From: Patescibacteria group bacterium
GTDB taxonomy: Bacteria > Patescibacteriota > Minisyncoccia > Phycocordibacterales > UBA1539
Reading direction: 5' to 3'
Assembly: GCA_036985875.1 (NCBI GenBank)
Contig: BTQM01000002.1
Location: 1-41,049 of the forward strand
DNA: 41,049 nt
The notes under the pieces were generated by a model. That model made no database searches, was not told where the DNA came from, and saw only the letters and a list, made by a program, of their open reading frames with translations. Both the position numbers and the translations under genes were made by a program. Positions 33,382-40,930 of the stretch are shown piece after piece (position 1 is the stretch's first letter; every line of letters begins with the position of its first letter).

Positions 33382-34998
33382 ATGAGCTTTTACGCAATAT
33401 CAGCACTGGCAAATGCAATTACGAGCTTGATTTTGGGCGCGCTAGTGCTCTCAAGAAATGTAAAAAACAAGGTGAATATAACATTTGCTCTATTCACGCT
33501 CGCGATAACTGTATGGAGTATCGGATATTTCTTTTGGCAAATAGCGCTTACGGCACCAGGGGCATTGCTATGGAGTAAAATTTTTATGGCCGCCGCTATT
33601 TTTATTCCCATCTTTTATTTTCATTTCACCGTAACGTTTTTGGGCATAGAAAAAACTCAGAAAATATTTGTGTGGATAGCATATATCCTCGGTCTCTTCT
33701 TTTTCATACTAAATTTTACTCCCTATTTCATAGCAAGTGTTACACCAAAGCTTTCTTTTGCGTTTTGGCCAAATCCAGGTATTTTTTATCATTCGTTTTT
33801 AGCAGCATGGTTTTTATATGTAGTCTACACAACATATCTGCTCTATAAAGAATTTCGCACGAAAAAAAGCACGCGACATGATCAACTAAAATACATACTT
33901 ATCGGTATGGTTGTCGGCTATCTCGGCGGTATTACAAATTATTTTCTCTGGTATGACATACCAATACCTCCAGTAGGCAACATTCTTGTCTCAGTGTATG
34001 TCATTATGGTTGCCTATGCTATTTTGAGACACCATCTCTTCAGCATTAAGGTCATCGCCACCGAGCTTCTTATCATCTCTTTATGGGTACTCATTTTCAT
34101 AAGAACGCTCCTTTCCGAGACACTGTGGGAGCAGCTGCTCAATGGAAGCCTTCTTGTGTCCATGATGGTCCTAGGCGTATTTCTTATCCAAAGCGTCATC
34201 AGAGAAGCAAAAACGCGAGAAAAGATCGAGCACCTCGCGAAACAGCTCAAAGGGGAGAATAAGCGGTTGCGCGAGCTAAGTCGACAAAAATCAGAATTCG
34301 TTTCAATCGCCTCACATCAGCTAAAGACACCACTTACCGCCATCAAAGGATACGCCTCTATGCTCCTTGAAGGGTCATTTGGTGCGCTGACGGAGGCTAT
34401 ACGAGAAGCGGTTGAAAAAATTTACCGTTCAAGCCAGTCGCTTGTGGTAATCGTTGACGATTTTCTTATAGCATCCAATATCGAGCACGGACAAATACAA
34501 TATAGATTCAACACCGTGAAATTAAAAAACCTCGTGGAAGAAGTCGTGAGTAACTTGACATCTCCTGCCAAAAAAAAGGGGCTGGCGATTAACGTCCAGG
34601 CCGAAGATGGGGATAGCTACAGCGTGATGGCGGATCATGGCAAAATAAAACAAGTACTGCACAGTATTATACATAATGCGATCAACTATACGGGGAAAGG
34701 GTTCGTCAATGTATCGCTTTCAAAAAATAAAGAAAGCGGCAAGATAAGAATCGCCGTGTCTGATAGCGGAGCAGGTATACGCAAAGACATAATGCCGCGA
34801 CAAAAGGTCACTAGGCAACACGAAGTGCGGCTTGGTCCAGATTTGGAGCTCTACGCCGCAAAAGAGATCATCAAAGCACATGGAGGAAATATCTGGGTGG
34901 ACTCAAGAGGAGAAGGACGCGGCTCAACGTTTTTTATAGAACTCGCCGGAGTTAAGCCACGTTCTGTGGTAGGCAATATAAAACGTCACGCAAAATAA
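33382..34998 (+). CDS. Sensor histidine kinase (HK1) with a >=7-TM N-terminal sensor; H-box intact, ATP-lid/G2 box degenerate
   Basis: H-box FVSIASHQLKTPL, N box HNAINYT, G1 DSGAGI, but GPDLEL in place of GxGLGL and a shortened F-box region. Confidence 0.85.
   Translation: MSFYAISALANAITSLILGALVLSRNVKNKVNITFALFTLAITVWSIGYFFWQIALTAPGALLWSKIFMAAAIFIPIFYFHFTVTFLGIEKTQKIFVWIAYILGLFFFILNFTPYFIASVTPKLSFAFWPNPGIFYHSFLAAWFLYVVYTTYLLYKEFRTKKSTRHDQLKYILIGMVVGYLGGITNYFLWYDIPIPPVGNILVSVYVIMVAYAILRHHLFSIKVIATELLIISLWVLIFIRTLLSETLWEQLLNGSLLVSMMVLGVFLIQSVIREAKTREKIEHLAKQLKGENKRLRELSRQKSEFVSIASHQLKTPLTAIKGYASMLLEGSFGALTEAIREAVEKIYRSSQSLVVIVDDFLIASNIEHGQIQYRFNTVKLKNLVEEVVSNLTSPAKKKGLAINVQAEDGDSYSVMADHGKIKQVLHSIIHNAINYTGKGFVNVSLSKNKESGKIRIAVSDSGAGIRKDIMPRQKVTRQHEVRLGPDLELYAAKEIIKAHGGNIWVDSRGEGRGSTFFIELAGVKPRSVVGNIKRHAK
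34321..34376 (+). repeat. 56-nt block identical to 35433-35488
   Basis: The block is ctaaagacaccacttaccgccatcaaaggatacgcctctatgctccttgaagggtc in both kinases (encodes LKTPLTAIKGYASMLLEGS). Confidence 0.95.
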
Positions 34999-35015
34999 TA
35001 TATTACAAAATAATC

Positions 35016-36101
35016 ATGGAACTGTTCAGCAACATTGCATTCCCCGCGCTCCTGCCTTCATTCGGAGTTTTCAATCTCACCTGGCTAGGAGCAACAGTAG
35101 CACTACTTGCCTTAGGCGCACTAGGATACCTAATAATTAAATATAGGTCAGGGAACTTCCAACTTATAACAACGGGGTTGTTTGCTTTGCTGATATCATT
35201 AACGCTTTTGTTTGAAATACTTTTCTCTCGCACACTTGACGGCATCATTATGAAAACTGTGATTTTTGCCTTGGTCGCATTCACAAGTATTTTTCTCATT
35301 AGAAGCATACGGCATGAAACAGAGAGCAAGGAAGAAGTGGAGGGCCTCGTCCAAGACCTTGCGGAGGCGCACAAGGATCTGCAGGCGCTTGACGAGAGAA
35401 AATCAGAATTTGTTGCAACCGCGGCAAGCAGCCTAAAGACACCACTTACCGCCATCAAAGGATACGCCTCTATGCTCCTTGAAGGGTCCTTCGGCGAATT
35501 GTCTAGCCGCGTGCAAGTGGCAATTGAGAGAATATTCCAATCAAGCCAAGGATTGGTAGTCATCATCGAAGATTTGACAGACATACTGAAGATCGAGAGT
35601 GGGGAAATAGCCTATAAGTTCTCCAGAGTAGATATGAGAAAGTTGGTTCAGGGCGTAGTGGATGATATGGCTATCTCCGCGAGGAAAGCGGGCATCGCAA
35701 TAAGTTTTGACTCTGACAAGAATGAGGATTATTACACTAACATTGATGTGGGGAAAATAAAACAGGTTATATTCAACCTTGCGGATAATGCAGTAAAATA
35801 TACGCCTCATGGATCTATACAAATATCACTATTGAAAGACACGGCAAACGGCGTCATAATCCTTAAAATTTCCGATTCCGGGATCGGAATGAGCAAGGGA
35901 ACCATCAAGAAAATTTTTCAAAAATTCAGCAGGGCAGAAGAAGCAAGCAAATTCCATACCGCAGGATCAGGATTGGGACTCTATATCGTGCGAGAGATCC
36001 TCAAAAAGCACGGCGGGCATGTATGGGCAGAGTCTGCCGGCACGAGCAAAGGATCAACCTTCTATGTAGCGCTTAAGGAGCAGAGGCTTGGTGCACGGTA
36101 A
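35016..36101 (+). CDS. Histidine-kinase-like protein (HK2) with 3-4 TM helices; ATP-binding domain intact, phosphoacceptor His replaced by Ser
   Basis: H-box position reads FVATAASSLKTPL. N box NLADNAVKYT, G1 DSGIGM, F FQKF and G2 GSGLGLYI are all present. Confidence 0.85.
   Translation: MELFSNIAFPALLPSFGVFNLTWLGATVALLALGALGYLIIKYRSGNFQLITTGLFALLISLTLLFEILFSRTLDGIIMKTVIFALVAFTSIFLIRSIRHETESKEEVEGLVQDLAEAHKDLQALDERKSEFVATAASSLKTPLTAIKGYASMLLEGSFGELSSRVQVAIERIFQSSQGLVVIIEDLTDILKIESGEIAYKFSRVDMRKLVQGVVDDMAISARKAGIAISFDSDKNEDYYTNIDVGKIKQVIFNLADNAVKYTPHGSIQISLLKDTANGVIILKISDSGIGMSKGTIKKIFQKFSRAEEASKFHTAGSGLGLYIVREILKKHGGHVWAESAGTSKGSTFYVALKEQRLGAR
35433..35488 (+). repeat. 56-nt block identical to 34321-34376
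   Basis: See the partner feature. Confidence 0.95.
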
Positions 36102-36175
36102 GCAACTTGATTTTTAAGTATATTGATAGTATTCTGCTTTCAGAATATGTTTGCGTCCAAAAACGAGGTGTCATT

Positions 36176-36304
36176 ATGATTGAATTGGGGATAGAAATTG
36201 CGCTTATGGTACTTGTACTATGCACAATAATTTTTCATCTCTCCACTATCAGTATGCAGAGAGATCTATGTGATTTAAAGAACAGGGGGTGTCTTTATAA
36301 ATAG
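36176..36304 (+). CDS. Small hydrophobic Cys-containing peptide (42 aa)
   Basis: ORF 36107..36304. ATG 36176 lies 5 nt after GAGGTG. Sequence: MIELGIEIALMVLVLCTIIFHLSTISMQRDLCDLKNRGCLYK. Confidence 0.45.
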   Translation: MIELGIEIALMVLVLCTIIFHLSTISMQRDLCDLKNRGCLYK

Positions 36305-36311
36305 CGTCACC

Positions 36312-36407
36312 ATGGCACGTTTCCTGAAATGCATGATCTGGGGGTTCGTTGTCATATTATGTTCATCCTTTGCCCTCGTATACCTACTCGTATATCTGAT
36401 GGCATAA
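36312..36407 (+). CDS. Possible second small hydrophobic peptide (31 aa)
   Basis: ATG 36312 to TAA 36405-36407 translates to MARFLKCMIWGFVVILCSSFALVYLLVYLMA. No convincing SD. A terminator follows. Confidence 0.25.
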   Translation: MARFLKCMIWGFVVILCSSFALVYLLVYLMA

Positions 36408-36423
36408 CTCAAACCAAAATACC

Positions 36424-36451
36424 AAAAGCTCTGCCGCGCGCGGGGCTTTTT
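36424..36451 (+). terminator. Intrinsic terminator after the kinase/small-peptide block
   Basis: GCTCTGC-cgcgc-GCGGGGC stem including G-U pairs, flanked by AAAA and TTTTT. Confidence 0.65.
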
Positions 36452-36495
36452 ACTTACCTATTTTCTATTATCTGTTAGGCGCACCTTGCGGTCAC

Positions 36496-36524
36496 TTCAC
36501 AATCAGTAGATTATATGCTATAGT
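36496..36524 (+). promoter_or_regulatory. Promoter TTCACA-17-(TGc)TATAGT for the transglycosylase gene
   Basis: -35 at 36496-36501, -10 at 36519-36524. GGAGGT SD lies 6 nt before ATG 36566. Confidence 0.55.
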
Positions 36525-36565
36525 CTTAGCTAGACCATATACACCCTTAGAAATGGAGGTAAGCC

Positions 36566-37450
36566 ATGAAACGCACTATTTGTTTTGGTATCGCCCTCAT
36601 ATTTCTGGGGGTAATGTTGAACGTTAACATCCCATACGGGAACACGGAGAAAGATAGCTCCGCAAAGCATAGATGCCATGTTCCGCCAAAGTACCGATCG
36701 CAACACCGGAAACTTATGAGGAAACTTTCCCAAGGGATCAAGGGTGAGTTCGCTATTGATCCTGAGTTTGTAAAGCGCGTCCTCTGTGACCCCAGACTGA
36801 AAGTGTATCTGACGGCAAAAAGGCCCAAAGGGAAGAAAGGGGTGCGACGACTTAAAGCTGACTACAGAAAAAATGTGTTGAGCAAAAAGTCCGTTGCGGA
36901 CGGTAAGGAATACATTGATGCGCATAAAGATTACTTTGTACGCGCGCAAAAAATGTATGGCGTAGATCCCTACATCATAACTGCCATCATCCGCGCAGAA
37001 AGTAATTATGGCAAAAATCTCGGGGAGAGGCTTGTGATAAATTCTCTTTACAGACTCTACATGGTTCCTCCGAAAACAAAGAAGATCAATTGGAGAAACT
37101 TTGCACTGAAGCAACTGAAGCATCTTCTGCATCTTGCGCAGAAGAATAACCGAGACGTGTTTTCCATTAAAGGATCCTGGGCCGGTGCACTCGGTCTTCC
37201 GCAATTCATTCCCTCTTCATATAACACGTATGCTGTTGATGGGAACGGAGACGGCGTGGTAGATCTTTTCCATCACCCTGATGCGATCATGAGTGTTGCA
37301 CACTACCTCAAAGAGAATCGTTGGGGGAAAGACAGTAAAAGACGCGTCCTTTTGCGGTACAATAATGCAACTTTCTACGTTAATCTCGTGCTTAAGTTTC
37401 GAAAAAAACTTAAGGCATACTACGAAAAAAACGCCTCAGAGGCGTTGTAG
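36566..37450 (+). CDS. Lytic murein transglycosylase (MltB/SLT_2-like)
   Basis: Signal-like N-terminus. Motifs: YGVDPYIITAIIRAESNYG and GSWAGALGLPQFIPSSY..YAVDGNGDG..DL. Confidence 0.8.
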   Translation: MKRTICFGIALIFLGVMLNVNIPYGNTEKDSSAKHRCHVPPKYRSQHRKLMRKLSQGIKGEFAIDPEFVKRVLCDPRLKVYLTAKRPKGKKGVRRLKADYRKNVLSKKSVADGKEYIDAHKDYFVRAQKMYGVDPYIITAIIRAESNYGKNLGERLVINSLYRLYMVPPKTKKINWRNFALKQLKHLLHLAQKNNRDVFSIKGSWAGALGLPQFIPSSYNTYAVDGNGDGVVDLFHHPDAIMSVAHYLKENRWGKDSKRRVLLRYNNATFYVNLVLKFRKKLKAYYEKNASEAL

Positions 37451-37476
37451 CCCCGCTAAAGGCGGGGTTTTTCTTT
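37451..37476 (+). terminator. Intrinsic terminator
   Basis: CCCCGC-taaag-GCGGGG followed by TTTTTCTTT. Confidence 0.9.
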
Positions 37477-37500
37477 CAAATCAAGTGGGTTTTGATGATC

Positions 37501-37818
37501 ATGGCAAAAAAATTTCAAAAACGCAAAGAAGATTTTGTGTGTGAACATTGCACCACGGAGGTGGTGGGCAACGGCTACACCAACCATTGTCCGAGATGTA
37601 TTTGGAGCAAACATGTGGATATAAATCCGGGCGACCGCGCCTCCTCCTGTGAGGGGGCAATGCGAGCGATAGATATTGAAGTAAAAGCGTGCACATATAC
37701 CATCGTACATCAATGTATCCTGTGCGGGCACAAACGAAAAAACAAGGCGGTAAAAGGAGACAGTATTGACGCAATGCTTGCGATTCAAAGGGGGGGAGAC
37801 GGGAAAGAGAATAGGTAA
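37501..37818 (+). CDS. RNHCP domain protein (Zn-ribbon-like)
   Basis: Motif: C.HC.......GYTNHCPRCIWSKHVD. A second Cys pair (CILCGH). Length 105 aa. Confidence 0.65.
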   Translation: MAKKFQKRKEDFVCEHCTTEVVGNGYTNHCPRCIWSKHVDINPGDRASSCEGAMRAIDIEVKACTYTIVHQCILCGHKRKNKAVKGDSIDAMLAIQRGGDGKENR

Positions 37819-37873
37819 GATAGACTAGAGCGATTTTACAATAAAGATGTTGAGAAAATACCATCCGTATTGC

Positions 37874-37904
37874 AGAGCGAGCTTTATCAATGGCGCTCTT
37901 TTTG
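37874..37904 (+). terminator. Hairpin AGAGCG-(14)-CGCTCT followed by TTTTTG
   Basis: Downstream of the RNHCP gene. A TACCAT box follows, 6 nt before the trpS ATG. Confidence 0.5.
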
Positions 37905-37917
37905 TTACCATGAAACT

Positions 37918-38922
37918 ATGGATCAGAATAAAAAAATAGTATTTACGGGAGATCGACCGACCGGGCGGCTTCATCTGGGACATTATGTCGGTTCCATCGT
38001 AAGTAGGGTAGAGCTTCAGGAAAAATATAAACAGTACGTGATGATCGCCGATGTGCAGGCGCTCACCGATAATTTTGACAATCCCGCGAAGGTTCGCAAT
38101 AGCGTACCGGAGATCGCAATCGACTACCTTTCAGTAGGAATTGATCCCGCTAAAACAACCATCTTTATACAGTCGCAAGTGCCGGAAATAGCCGAGCTCA
38201 CCCTCTATCTTTTAAACCTTGTAACGCTCGCGCGGCTAAAGCGCAATCCAACTGTGAAGGATGAGATGAAGCAAAAGGGCTTCGGTGAGGATGTTCCTGC
38301 GGGTTTTTTGACATACCCCATTAATCAGGCGGCCGACATTCTTGCCTTCAAGGCAAACGCGGTGCCGGTGGGGAAAGACCAGCTCCCTATGCTAGAGCAA
38401 GCGAACGAGATTGCGCATAAGTTTAACAGCATATACGGAAAGGTATTTGAAAAAATATATCCGATCATCTCACGTGCGCCGCGCCTCGCAGGCATTGACG
38501 GCAAGGCGAAGATGAGCAAGTCGCTCGGCAACGCCATCTATCTCTCCGACACACCAGAAGAGATAGAGCACAAGGTGATGTCCATGTACACTGACCCAAA
38601 CCACGTCCATGTTAGCGATCCTGGAGAAGTGAGAGGCAATATAGTATTCGAGTATCTTGATGCGTTTGACAATAACAAAGAAGAGCTTGAAGAGTTAAAA
38701 GGCCGCTACGAACGCGGGGGGTTGGGCGATGTGGAGATAAAAAAGCGTCTCATAGGGATTCTATACGAGCTCCTAACACCCATACGCGAGAAAAGGGAGC
38801 ATCTGGAAAAAGACCCCAAATACGTGATGGAAATACTGAAAGAAGGAACGAAGGAATCACGAAGGGTCGCGCAGAAGACTCTCGCCGAAGTTCGCGCAGC
38901 AATGCAGTTGCAGTATTTTTAA
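37918..38922 (+). CDS. trpS: Tryptophan--tRNA ligase
   Basis: ORF 37870..38922 trimmed to MDQNKKIVFTGDRPTGRLHLGHYVGS (HIGH-type). KMSKS is present. Length 334 aa. Confidence 0.9.
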   Translation: MDQNKKIVFTGDRPTGRLHLGHYVGSIVSRVELQEKYKQYVMIADVQALTDNFDNPAKVRNSVPEIAIDYLSVGIDPAKTTIFIQSQVPEIAELTLYLLNLVTLARLKRNPTVKDEMKQKGFGEDVPAGFLTYPINQAADILAFKANAVPVGKDQLPMLEQANEIAHKFNSIYGKVFEKIYPIISRAPRLAGIDGKAKMSKSLGNAIYLSDTPEEIEHKVMSMYTDPNHVHVSDPGEVRGNIVFEYLDAFDNNKEELEELKGRYERGGLGDVEIKKRLIGILYELLTPIREKREHLEKDPKYVMEILKEGTKESRRVAQKTLAEVRAAMQLQYF

Positions 38923-39008
38923 TATTAAAAAAGGGCTTACGCGGTTAGCGCATTTCTTCATTATACCTATAACTGTATCCAACTGAGCAAGTCCTAAAAG
39001 AAATACAT

Positions 39009-39209
39009 ATGGAAAAAATTGAAAAAGACTTTGATCCCACCATCGCAATGCAGGTAGAACTGATGAGGAAACACCCCGATTGTTGGATCGAGAAGCACGC
39101 GGCGGAATTCAGAGACCTCGTTGAAAGCCACCCAGAAATAGTCCAAACATTCAAGAACGACCCCACCCGCGCAATAGAAGAACTGGAGGGCAAATTCTAT
39201 CACGGATAG
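39009..39209 (+). CDS. Hypothetical small protein (66 aa)
   Basis: The composition is balanced, unlike the Ser/Cys-rich antisense ORFs that overlap it. I recognise no family. Confidence 0.45.
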   Translation: MEKIEKDFDPTIAMQVELMRKHPDCWIEKHAAEFRDLVESHPEIVQTFKNDPTRAIEELEGKFYHG

Positions 39210-39296
39210 GCGACACAAGCACCCCACTTGGAAACCCGGTGTTCAATAGAACCCCGCGAGGATGAATATTTAGCGGGAGAAGTAGTTCAATGCTAG

Positions 39297-39336
39297 GCCC
39301 GCCGAAAAACAACTCTTCGGTGGGCTTAGCGTTTTA
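39297..39336 (+). terminator. Hairpin GCCCGCCGAA-(9)-TTCGGTGGGC followed by ttagcgTTTT
   Basis: 10-bp stem including one G-U pair, downstream of the 39009 gene. Confidence 0.55.
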
Positions 39337-39339
39337 AGA

Positions 39340-39368
39340 TTGACATTTTCCCCTATCCCTGTTAGGGT
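39340..39368 (+). promoter_or_regulatory. Promoter TTGACA-17-TAGGGT with a ~85-nt structured leader
   Basis: -35 at 39340-39345, -10 at 39363-39368. The leader hairpin is CCCtGTGG-ttcgcg-CCACgaGGG. AAGGAG SD precedes ATG 39457. Confidence 0.5.
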
Positions 39369-39456
39369 GCTATCGAAGCCACGGAGCCCTGTGGTTCGCG
39401 CCACGAGGGAGTCATGGTACTGTTGTTTTACAATTTGAAAAAGGAGATAGAGACTC

Positions 39457-40119
39457 ATGAGTAAATTCTTACTTGCGGTTATACTGACGATCGGTTTAGT
39501 TCTACCATTCACACCAAGTTTTGCCACGACTGCCGTTCAAGAGATGACAGGCATTCAAAATGAAATGAAGAAAATCGACGGAGAGATCGGCACCTTGAAG
39601 GCAAAACTTCCCGGGCTTGCAGCTCTTCAGCGCGGGCGCGTACAAGAAGTCGCACAAAAGAAAAGTAAGCATGATGCAATACACAAGTATTACAGGGAAG
39701 AACTTCAGAAGTACAATACCAGATGCCTAGGCCGCCCACTTCTCGGTGACCATTATCGCAGTTGCAAGGCAAAGCAGGAGAGGTTGCAGCAGTATAAGAA
39801 TGCTAAACAACCCGAACTTCGCCGAATGATAACGCGTGTACGCGAACTAGGGCGCCAATACCAGGAAACAGCTAATGAAATAACGCTCACCAAGTCAGGG
39901 ATACAAAAAAAGGTCAATTATAAATCCAGACTTGAAGCAAGATTACAATCCTTGCGCAAGCGTATCATTGACGCGTGCCGTAATGTTCCCGCCGGTGCGA
40001 GCGATGAAGAGATCAAGCTCAAATGCGGAAATGTTCAATTTGACGGCGCCAATTCCAACCTGCCATCAGGCGATAATCTTCGTCCGCAGAGGCGCGGAAT
40101 TTCTATTACTCCGCGTTAA
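39457..40119 (+). CDS. Secreted coiled-coil protein with four Cys (220 aa), function unknown
   Basis: Signal peptide MSKFLLAVILTIGLVLPFTPSFATT. Heptad-like charged helices. SD present. Confidence 0.6.
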   Translation: MSKFLLAVILTIGLVLPFTPSFATTAVQEMTGIQNEMKKIDGEIGTLKAKLPGLAALQRGRVQEVAQKKSKHDAIHKYYREELQKYNTRCLGRPLLGDHYRSCKAKQERLQQYKNAKQPELRRMITRVRELGRQYQETANEITLTKSGIQKKVNYKSRLEARLQSLRKRIIDACRNVPAGASDEEIKLKCGNVQFDGANSNLPSGDNLRPQRRGISITPR

Positions 40120-40147
40120 GAACGAACTAAGTTTTTGTGAAATACAT

Positions 40148-40182
40148 GAGGCACGCCCTACGGACGTGCCTCTTTTTGTTTT
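40148..40182 (+). terminator. Intrinsic terminator
   Basis: GAGGCACG-(9)-CGTGCCTC followed by TTTTTGTTTT. Confidence 0.9.
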
Positions 40183-40615
40183 GCTATTGATGCCCTTGTT
40201 GAAGTCTAAAGGCGGCAGGTATACCTTTATTTTACTAATTAGTATACCTCTACCATTGCTCACCGATCGCCTCGGTAAAACTCATGGTCTTTGCCTGTGA
40301 GGCGGGTTGGCGAAAGAGAGAATGTTTTGGGGCCCCACAAAGGACTTTCGGGTAAGGGAGCTATCTGGCGGAGGCAATGAGGGTGGGGTGGGGATAAATA
40401 TGGGGTATTGCGTGCAAGGAGAAGCGGGAAATGAAGGATGTCGAGAAGACAGAGAATTGAATTAGGGGGGTTTTGATGTCTTACAATATAATGAAAGCTA
40501 ATTTCACCCTTAAAATTAGCGATATCTTGCTAATTTTTTTCAGGTCTTCCCAAATGTGTAGTTTTCTGTATACTTTATAATAGTATTTTAATAGCTTTAA
40601 TAAACATTAAATATC

Positions 40616-40804
40616 ATGCCTGAATTAAAAGCACTTTGTATGAGATGTCGTGATGATAATAAAAAGCCAACCATGCAGACCATGAAAGACATTGAGGTAC
40701 AAGAGAAGAACAATAGGTACTCTGCCAAAGGGAAGTGCACACAGTGTGTAGGTAATATGTTCAAGTTCTTATCAAAAGACGACGCAGAGAAATACAAAAG
40801 CTAA
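40616..40804 (+). CDS. Small Zn-ribbon protein, DUF5679-like (62 aa)
   Basis: CxxC...(29)...CxxC pattern: LCMRCRDDNKKPTMQTMKDIEVQEKNNRYSAKGKCTQCVGNMFKFLS. The gene and its surroundings are AT-rich. Confidence 0.5.
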   Translation: MPELKALCMRCRDDNKKPTMQTMKDIEVQEKNNRYSAKGKCTQCVGNMFKFLSKDDAEKYKS

Positions 40805-40815
40805 ATACTCAAAAC

Positions 40816-40840
40816 AAAAACCCCTTAAGGAGGTTTTTGT
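40816..40840 (+). terminator. Intrinsic terminator AAAAACCCC-ttaa-GGaGGTTTTT
   Basis: Directly after the stop at 40802-40804. Confidence 0.75.
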
Positions 40841-40853
40841 TTAATATGACTAT

Positions 40854-40890
40854 GAGATACATTCGGACGTCCGATGTCCGAATGTATCTC
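40854..40890. repeat. Perfect 15-bp inverted repeat GAGATACATTCGGAC-gtccgat-GTCCGAATGTATCTC
   Basis: Seen directly in the sequence. It is followed by CTCC-ttcg-GGGG and a T-run (40894-40912). Confidence 0.8.
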
Positions 40891-40930
40891 ATTTCTCCTT
40901 CGGGGGATTTTTTGCTATGATAACTCGTAT

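Noticed and set aside
35003-37204. Minus-strand ORFs 35003..35584 (193 aa) and 36530..37204 (224 aa)
   Set aside because: They are antisense to HK2 and to the MltB-like gene, both of which have clear family motifs. The antisense ORFs have no start signals of their own.
39271-39330. tRNA-like start GCGGGAGAAGTAGTTCAATGCTAGG
   Set aside because: No D-stem complementarity, no T-arm (GTTCGAATC-type) and no acceptor 3' strand could be found. The downstream hairpin is better explained as a terminator.
40854-40930. T-box riboswitch upstream of aspS
   Set aside because: The leader is far too short, and it lacks a specifier-loop architecture and the conserved T-box sequence.
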